Shown here one piece after another: positions 56,197 to 64,000 of a DNA stretch of 64,000 nucleotides. The DNA comes from Octopus vulgaris (lineage: Eukaryota), in assembly GCA_951406725.2 (NCBI GenBank), contig OX597833.1, forward strand, positions 42,718,001-42,782,000, written 5' to 3'. Numbering within the stretch: position 1 is the first letter of the stretch; each line of letters starts with the position of its first letter. A model generated the notes under the pieces. It worked only from the letters and a program-made list of their open reading frames with translations. It had not been told where the DNA came from and ran no database searches. The translations under genes were made by a program, and so were the position numbers.

Positions 56197-57101
56197 CCTT
56201 TCTACTAAAGGCACAAGGTCTGGAATTTGGGGAGAGGAAAGTAATCGATTACATATTCAAGTTTGTCGTAGGGCTAAAAAACAACAGTAAGAACAAACAC
56301 AACAACAACAACAACAACAGCAACAGACAGGCATGTAACAAAGCAGCGTCTATATGATCATTCAGAATTTGCTAGATATAGCAAACAAATCTCTATGAAA
56401 TCACACCCAATTTCTCAAAAGATGTGTACATTGGGTGATGTAGTCCTGGATATATTGTGTCTGAGAAAAAAAAAACCTGGGGTGGTTCTAGTTGGACCAT
56501 TATAATCATAAGTCTGATCAAATAAGACTGACACGGGTGAGCCAACAAGTAGCAACGTGGGATTTTATACTAGGTCACTTGACCTACTAGAAGTAGCGGC
56601 CAATTCTTTCTCAAATCATAGAGACATTATTGCTTAAAGATTCTAAAAATAGATTACAAGACTACATCTTTTGAGAATGGCTACTTATTTTAATGACTTC
56701 CGGAAGGCTGAAAGGCGAAACCGACCTTGGCAACAATTGAACACACATCATAAATACCGCAAGGCATCTTTCGATTAACTAATAAAAATATAATCGATAA
56801 TAAAAAGCAATCATCCCATCATCTCCTCGCCCCCCCCCCGTCTCAACATCACCATCACACCAAAGACAGCGACGATGACGACGACGACGCCGACGACATC
56901 AACAACAGAAGCAGCAGCAGCAGCAGCAACGACAAAATGGTTACATGAGTCGCTTCCGGTAATATTAGTCACGTGACCGCATCAGCTCAACTCTTCCCTA
57001 CCCTCCTTCCATGTTATCCCATACAGTTATTATGTCTGAAATTTCTCTTGCCAGCTGTCTGTGTACCTCAGTGTATTTTAGTGTGTGTGTAAATGTGTGT
57101 G

Positions 57102-57228
<127 letters not shown>

Positions 57229-58114
57229 TTGTGGTTAGCTATATTGCACGTCATATGAACGTGTTTCTGTGTCTGTGTATGTTTCTAGCTGCCAGCTTGA
57301 ATTTCTATATATTTGTTTGTGACTACCTACATATATCTGTGCATGAACTCCTGTATGTCTGTGAGTCAGCCTGTCTGTTTATATTACCCCACGATTCTGC
57401 TATTGATTCATTATTTCCACGCGGGTGTATCACATGACCTGACATCCACCATTTCAATATATTTTATTTGACGGACAGATGTCAGTTAGTCATATATACA
57501 TACGCACGCATTCACGTTCGAATGCACACATTAAAATAGGACACACGCACACACATGCAAATTATAAACTGAAACTTGGACAGGGATATTCGTGCAAACA
57601 CACACACACACACACATACGCACACATGAGTATGTGAATACAGATGTAGTACAAACACAGTCATGTGCTTTATTCATAGAATGAGCTCATGTACACAGAA
57701 ATTACACACATACATAAAGACACGTGTGCGCACACACACGTAGACACGAATATATAGACAGCGTTTTACACAGGTATTCTATTTCCTCACTCTGTCACGT
57801 TACCACTTCTTTAGCGGCCTTTGTTGCTCCGACCACCATTCAAGCCATCTCTACTCATATACCTTTTCTCCTTTCGTCACTCATATTCTGTACATCACTC
57901 TTAGACCTTGCCTCGGCCACTACGTTTAGTCATTCGTCCTCATAAAGCCAATCCTCTGTAATTCCGTCTCTGTTCAGTCCATTGATTTTCTCAAAGCCAT
58001 TAATTTGTAGTTGTTCACAGAACAATGTCAGCTACGGCTCTCTCCCCAGGTATAAGGGGACCTGTGAATGCTATCGAGACTGTTTTTTTTACCCAAAGCA
58101 AGCCATTAAAATCC

Positions 58115-58545
58115 TCATTTCTAATTTTAGTACAAGACCAACAATGCTGAGAAGAGGGGATGTTGATTACATCAGCTTGACTGGTACTCTATTTCATCGA
58201 CCCTGAAAAGTAAAGTTGACTGCGGTGACATCTGAACGTAAAGTCGAAAGAAATACCGCAAAATATTTTGTTGACTTACATTATATTATCAACCCCGACG
58301 GAAAGAGGAAAAGTAAAGTTGAGCCAGGAGGATTTGAACTCAGAAAATAATGAATTTAATCTAAATACCGCATGGTATTTTCTTAATATTCTAATAGTTC
58401 TGCTAGTGGTCTTTCTTTATAATGTAGTAATATTACCTATGAAAGAAAGGCGGCGAACTGGTAGAATCGTTAGAACGGGTCAATGTAATCGACTTAACCC
58501 CTTCCCCGAAACTGCTGGCCTTGTGCCAAAATTTGAAACCAATAT
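58115..58545. mobile_element. Cluster of decayed family B SINEs (two minus, one plus)
   Basis: Family motifs; the plus copy ggcggcgaactggtagaatcgttag...ggccttgtgccaaaatttgaaacc is internally deleted. Confidence 0.7.
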
Positions 58546-59406
58546 TATCTATGGTGGAAAGGTGTTTTATCCAAGAGAAGATTTATCTCAGCTCTGTTTA
58601 AACTCCACTTCAAATCCCAGTTTCCGAAGCAACCTGAACTTTGGTGGCACACATATATTTATTTGTTCTTATAACATTCGGGATGCAGGAAGACTGGCTG
58701 ATGAAGTTAGCCGACAACCAAACAAAATGTTAGGAGGTGTTATCCTGTCACCGACTTAGGGTTGCATCTCTGTGCAGAACACATAATCTTGAAATAACTA
58801 ACACATAAAATCTGAACTGGCCTGTTTCACTTAACTCCTACCAATAGCAACAGAGTGAGTAAAACCAAACAAGTGACTTTGAAACGAGTTCATATAATCG
58901 TGTATATAGAGTGCGGGTGGTATACCTTGGATGGTCTGTTGGAGTTAGAGAAGAAACAAGCCCACGCGAAGCTGATTCATTCAAGACCACGTTATACGAA
59001 ACCAAATTGTTTATTGGAGATGCTATTACTTAAAAGGTTAACTGACCTGTCATCACAAATCTTTGCAGGTCATTGAATGTCATTATATGCCATTGCAAAC
59101 CATTATAGATGATTATAAATCATTTAAGGTTATTACAAATCTTTGTAAATTTAAGAAAGTGTGAAAAAGTGTTTTATGACAAATTTTACAATATCTTTTT
59201 TCTTTGTTGTTGTTTTAGTCTAGTGAAGGTTTAATATAAATGAAGAAAATACTTTTAATGACAAGAGAAAAATTCCATATTCTGTACATAGCCTCTAGAG
59301 GTATAAACCATAGCAACATAACCTCTACAGAAATAAACCCTAACATTATCTTAGAGCACATTAGAAATATCGTCTTATTTTGAATTAATTGCGTGCTTTT
59401 CTTATA

Positions 59407-59591
59407 CGAGGGGCGTTCAATAAGTAATGCCCCTGACCCACTTGCAATTGTTTGATCAAGCTGAAATTTTGCATGTGCAATTATTTATATCTCTATAGAT
59501 TAAGCTCTGAACTAATTGTGGTTTTTGATTTACAGGTGTTTGAACTGCTATGGGAAGTGGGTCAGGGGCATTACTTATTGAACGCCCCTCG
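59407..59591. mobile_element. Mariner-type MITE
   Basis: Perfect 37-bp TIRs cgaggggcgttcaataagtaatgcccctgacccactt (59407-59443 and 59555-59591), TA on both sides. Confidence 0.95.
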
Positions 59592-59912
59592 TATAATTTC
59601 CTAACATAGCTTGTGTCAAATACCGATTGCCAAATACATAAAGGTACACATACATAAAGGTATCAAACATAAATTATTATTGCTGCTTAGCTTCCGGTCG
59701 GCATTGATCGATCAAACCTATAATCAAATGCAAGTCTGTCATAATCATCCTAACATATTTTGGGGAATATGTGATTCTAGTCTCTACAATTCATCTTCTA
59801 AGAGGGTACGATGTGATTTGATGGAACTTCGATTAATACAATCGAGCAGGTCGAATGATCTCTGTAGACACTTAAATTATGACTGATGTGAATCATAAAA
59901 AAAGTCACTTCT

Positions 59913-60310
59913 GAGTGGCTGTGTGGTAAGTAGTTTGCTTACCAACCACATGGTTCCGAGTTCAGTCCCACTGCGTGGCACCTTGGGCTAGTGTCTTCTA
60001 CTATAGCCTCGAGCCGACTAAAGCCTCGTGAGTGGATTTGGTAAACGGAAACTGAAAGAAGCCCGTCGCATATATGTATGCATGTGTGTATATGTTCGTG
60101 TGCCTGTGTTTGCCCCACCCCAATATCTCTTGACAACCGATGCTGGTACGTTTACGTTCCCGTAACTTAGCGGTTCGGCAAAAGAGTTCGATAGAATAAG
60201 TACTAGGCTTACATAGAATAAGTCCTGGGGTCGATTTGCTCGACTAAAGGCGGTGCTCCAGCATGGCCACTCTCAAAATGATTGAAGCAAGTAAAAGAAT
60301 AAAAGAATAA
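59913..60310 (+). mobile_element. SINE family A (5' end clipped)
   Basis: Family alignment; (AAAAGAAT) tail. Confidence 0.92.
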
Positions 60311-60439
60311 ATGAATAGCAAAACAGAATTCTCAAAGCTGTAGATGGTTCCTCCACTAAAAAGCTACGTAAGCTGGGATTAAAGAAACTGTCGTCAGAGA
60401 AATTAGTTTAACCTCGTCTCATTTTACACCTTGTCTCTA

Positions 60440-61300
60440 GATACAGACTGTCAAACCCGATCTCTATTGTAAGGTCACCAACAAACACCAGTATTTAGAT
60501 TTTTGATTTTGTTATCCAGCTCTCATTACAAGAAATATCCCATTTAATATGGCAAGAAGTTCAATAGTTATGGATCCGATAAAATGAGACAGACGACTGG
60601 TAGAGCTAAATATAATCCGGCAGAAACAAAAATACTGGGAAAATATGGTAAACCATGTCATAACCAAGACAAAAAAAGAATCCAGTTCCTGACTTGTAGA
60701 GACACCCTCATTGAGAAAGGGAAGACACAGACGGAATTATTCCATTTGTAGTCATCTATAATTCAAGAAACCATGGTATCTTACATTCGGCCAAACTAAT
60801 TCTGTCAGTCAGTAAATCTCAGAAAAACGATTGAAGGATCACAATTTATCAACAAATGAAAGACAATCACAAAAAAATCTCAGAAGATTCTTGACCACGG
60901 CAAATCTCATATCGGAAGATGAAATAATGCAAGTAGCAAAACGCCGTAACCTACGTTACGGAAGCGTGAAATTATTGAAGAAGGAACAACCAAGCAGATT
61001 CAAGAATGGGAAAGAATCGAAGGTTAATGTAAATTTGAATTGCAAACCAGAGAATCTCATTTACTGCATCACATGCCCACAATGCAATGAAAATTATAGC
61101 TGCCAAACGGGATCAAAATGTATCGCATTAAAGTACTTATGAACAGGAAATCAAACATTAATCTCTTAAAAACGTTCCATTTAGTGAACATTTTGACATT
61201 CGTGCGAATGGAAAATTCTAAATATTTCCTTTTTTCAAACAGAAGAATCTTAGATCTGAAATTAAACTGGACATAGTCAATACCACTTGAAATAACCACC
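60440..61300 (+). mobile_element. Decayed Penelope-like retroelement (RT thumb plus GIY-YIG endonuclease)
   Basis: PDLYCKVTNKHQYLDF*FCYPALITRNIPFNMAR (cf. YxKPTxxxxYLxFxSxHP), IPFVVIYNSRN, NCKPENLIYCITCPQCNENYSCQTG (GIY-YIG). Confidence 0.88.
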
Positions 61301-62062
61301 TTTATTACTTTATCATACGAGCGCTAGGGAAGCTGAAAATAGAGAAAAGCGCTTAACACAGTACAAACACTTCCTTCCATAATGATTGTGTTATTCTGCT
61401 TCTTCATAATGTTTTTAAAGATTATTTTATATAATTAGTAATTCGTAATTTTTAAAAATCTTTCTTCAGATATTGTAACCGTGTCAAGAAATTTTGCTCA
61501 TGCGTGCGCGCGTGTGTGCATGTCTGTGTTTGTGTGTTTGTGTGTGTGTGTGTGTGTGTGCGAGAGAGAGAGAGCGAGAGAGAGAGAGAGAGAGAGAGAG
61601 TGTGTGTATGTGTGTGTGCGTGTGTGTATTAAAAAGTCTAGAAAAGGGTTAAGCTTTATTTAGAATTAGCTAATTAGCTGTAGATGAAAAAGATTTCATT
61701 GAGAGCTCTACTTCCGGTCAAATGACACTTGTTTTCCAACACGAATCCTATGTGAAAATAATATACTTCCGGTGTGACATCGAAATTGGGTTACAATGAA
61801 AGTCTTATTTTTGTCATGTCAAAAGTTAAAGTAGAACCCTAGTGTATATGAACTCACTTATATTTATGTATACACCCTTTTATATACACATGCATGTACA
61901 CACATGCATGTACACACACACACACACACATTTAGATATACAGATGCAAACGCAAATGGGTAATTAAAAACATGTAAGTACACATGTATATGTGTGTATA
62001 CATATGTGTATATATATATAAACTTGGAAATGGATGCGTGGCGCTTAATCCAATATAATAAT

Positions 62063-62122
<60 letters not shown>

Positions 62123-62434
62123 GCATATATATATATACATACATGCATACATACATATATACACACACACATATATATATATGTATACACACATATAGAC
62201 AATAGACACACATACATACACAAACACTCACATACGTACATACACGTGTACACATATGTCGTATACTGGCTCTAAGAAAGAGAGAACTTAATATAATTGT
62301 AAAGTGATAATGTATTTGAAAAATACAATGCCTCATATTGTCCGGCAAATGATGTATATCCAGACAACTGAAGCATTGAACCATTTAATTATCATAACAC
62401 ACATGCATACACGCGCACACCCCTCTGTACCTTC

Positions 62435-62585
62435 TACCTTTTACTTGTTTCAGACATTGTATTGTGGCAGTGCCGGGGCACAGCCTTGAAGGGTTTAGTC
62501 GAATAAATCGACTCCAGAACGTATTTTTTCAAGTTTGGGACTTATCCTATCGCTCTCCTTTGCCGAATCGCTAAGTTATATGGAA
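62435..62585 (-). mobile_element. SINE family A, 3' fragment
   Basis: ttttacttgtttcag...gtcgaataaatcgac...gccgaatcgctaagtta. Confidence 0.7.
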
Positions 62586-62619
62586 GGAAATGTCCGGCTC
62601 TTCTGAAGTAAGGCTGGCC

Positions 62620-62835
62620 TTTAAGTGTTAAGTTTTATTGCTTCTGTATTAACATTTAACCGTCCTGTAAAGGAACACTTCTTTTGCCAACCTTTTGTGC
62701 TTAAGTTAGACTCTTCTGTGTCAACGTTCACAACTTCAGTGTTAAGCTTTGAACATTAACAAAGATTTGCTGATACATTTTTAATCCTCTTGTGTTAAGA
62801 TCCAACTATCCTGTGTTAAAGTCAAACCTTCCTAT
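62620..62835. repeat. Degenerate about 20-bp tandem repeat (cttctgtgttaa core)
   Basis: Core recurs 6-7 times. Confidence 0.5.
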
Positions 62836-63149
62836 GTACATTTTTGCTTTGTTTTCATTGCATCAAGTTACAAGTGTTGTGGAGCGGTTACTTACAAAAT
62901 CTCCTTTATATTCTGTCATAAATTTGTAATAAAACGCGGCTTTTTGAAATATGACAACCTTTCACTACTAATTTTTTTTTACTTATAGGCAAAGGGCCAG
63001 CAATTCTAAGACTGAGGGTTATTCTATCACATCGACTCCAGTTCTTGACTGGCACTTTAGTTTATCGACAACGAAAGATTGAAAGGTAAAGTTGACTTCG
63101 GGAGCTTTTGAGCATAAGGAGCTAGAAATAAACACTGCTAAAGCAGATT

Positions 63150-63900
63150 AGAGTCCATTACGATGACAATTTAAAAAATGGTGGGAGTTTACACAGAATC
63201 GATTATGAAAAAGAAAATCCATGAAGAAGGAAAGTACTGAAAAAAAAAACCCCAACACGAAACCACTAACTGGAGCCTATCAAAGAAACCCACAAATCCA
63301 AGATTATCAGTGAGAGTTATGGTATATGGGCTGGATTACAACACAACTAGATTTTTTTAGTTGTATTGAGACCTTAACACAAGAAAACTCTTTTAAAAAT
63401 GCAAAATCTAAAACGGTGAGTCTGATATCCAGTTACTATGCATCGTATGAAAAGAAGGTCGGAATAGACTGAATATTAGCAAACTTTAAAATGACAGTTA
63501 TCAATACCTCCCAATATATCTCTAACTCACAAAAAGGCTTGCTAGATACTTGTTGACTGTGATCACATGAAAATTATTGACTGGATTGTCGCAGTATTAA
63601 AAGCATTTCTCCATACATTGGATTGGCTTGCGAACAACTAAAACCCTATGTTAAGACAGCAGCAAATGAAAATATACTTATGCCACAAGAGTTCATTATT
63701 GTGAACAAGAATGAAGTCATAACTTTACATAGCTAACACTCTGTAAAATGAAAGCTCTAAATATAAATACAAAAACGAATTCTGAATGAAACCGCAGAAG
63801 CACCAACATTCAAAGTACAAGAGCAGACATTTTTGGAAGAATATGTACAGTTCCTACAATATATGAGGCATATGTTAAGGACATTTCTGAAACAATGTGT
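63150..63900 (+). mobile_element. Possible very decayed Penelope-like RT fragment
   Basis: A-rich, ORF-like composition with weak matches (THKSKIIS; APTF). Confidence 0.3.
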
Positions 63901-63951
63901 TACACAGGTTGTATATCAGTATGTGCAATACTAGACACCACTAAATATGCT

Positions 63952-64000
<49 letters not shown>

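Noticed and set aside
58268-58759. 163-aa plus-strand ORF
   Set aside because: Reads through decayed family B SINEs; no protein signal.

Overview
AT-rich, repeat-saturated, non-coding animal DNA (intergenic or a very large intron). The SINE families and extreme di/tri/tetranucleotide microsatellite load look like an octopus (coleoid cephalopod) genome; that is my inference, not a search result. I found no credible host protein-coding exon: nearly all ORF-track entries are translated microsatellites or SINEs. The only real coding signal is decayed transposon sequence: a Charlie/Buster-type hAT transposase (4.6-6.0 kb, -), CR1/Jockey-group LINE fragments, two R4/Dong-type LINE relics in (TAA)n (one internally deleted) and Penelope-like RT/GIY-YIG relics. 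Also present are two copies of a non-autonomous Helitron, a mariner-type MITE with perfect 37-bp TIRs and more than 30 tRNA-derived SINE copies of several families. The most interesting unannotated signal is a set of minimal type I hammerhead-ribozyme-like motifs, some with non-canonical cores and two enclosed in inverted duplications, carried by short unrelated elements that mostly sit in or beside (TA)n tracts. There is also a tRNA-shaped element whose acceptor stem extends to about 27 bp. Coordinates were counted by hand, and ends of decayed elements are approximate.
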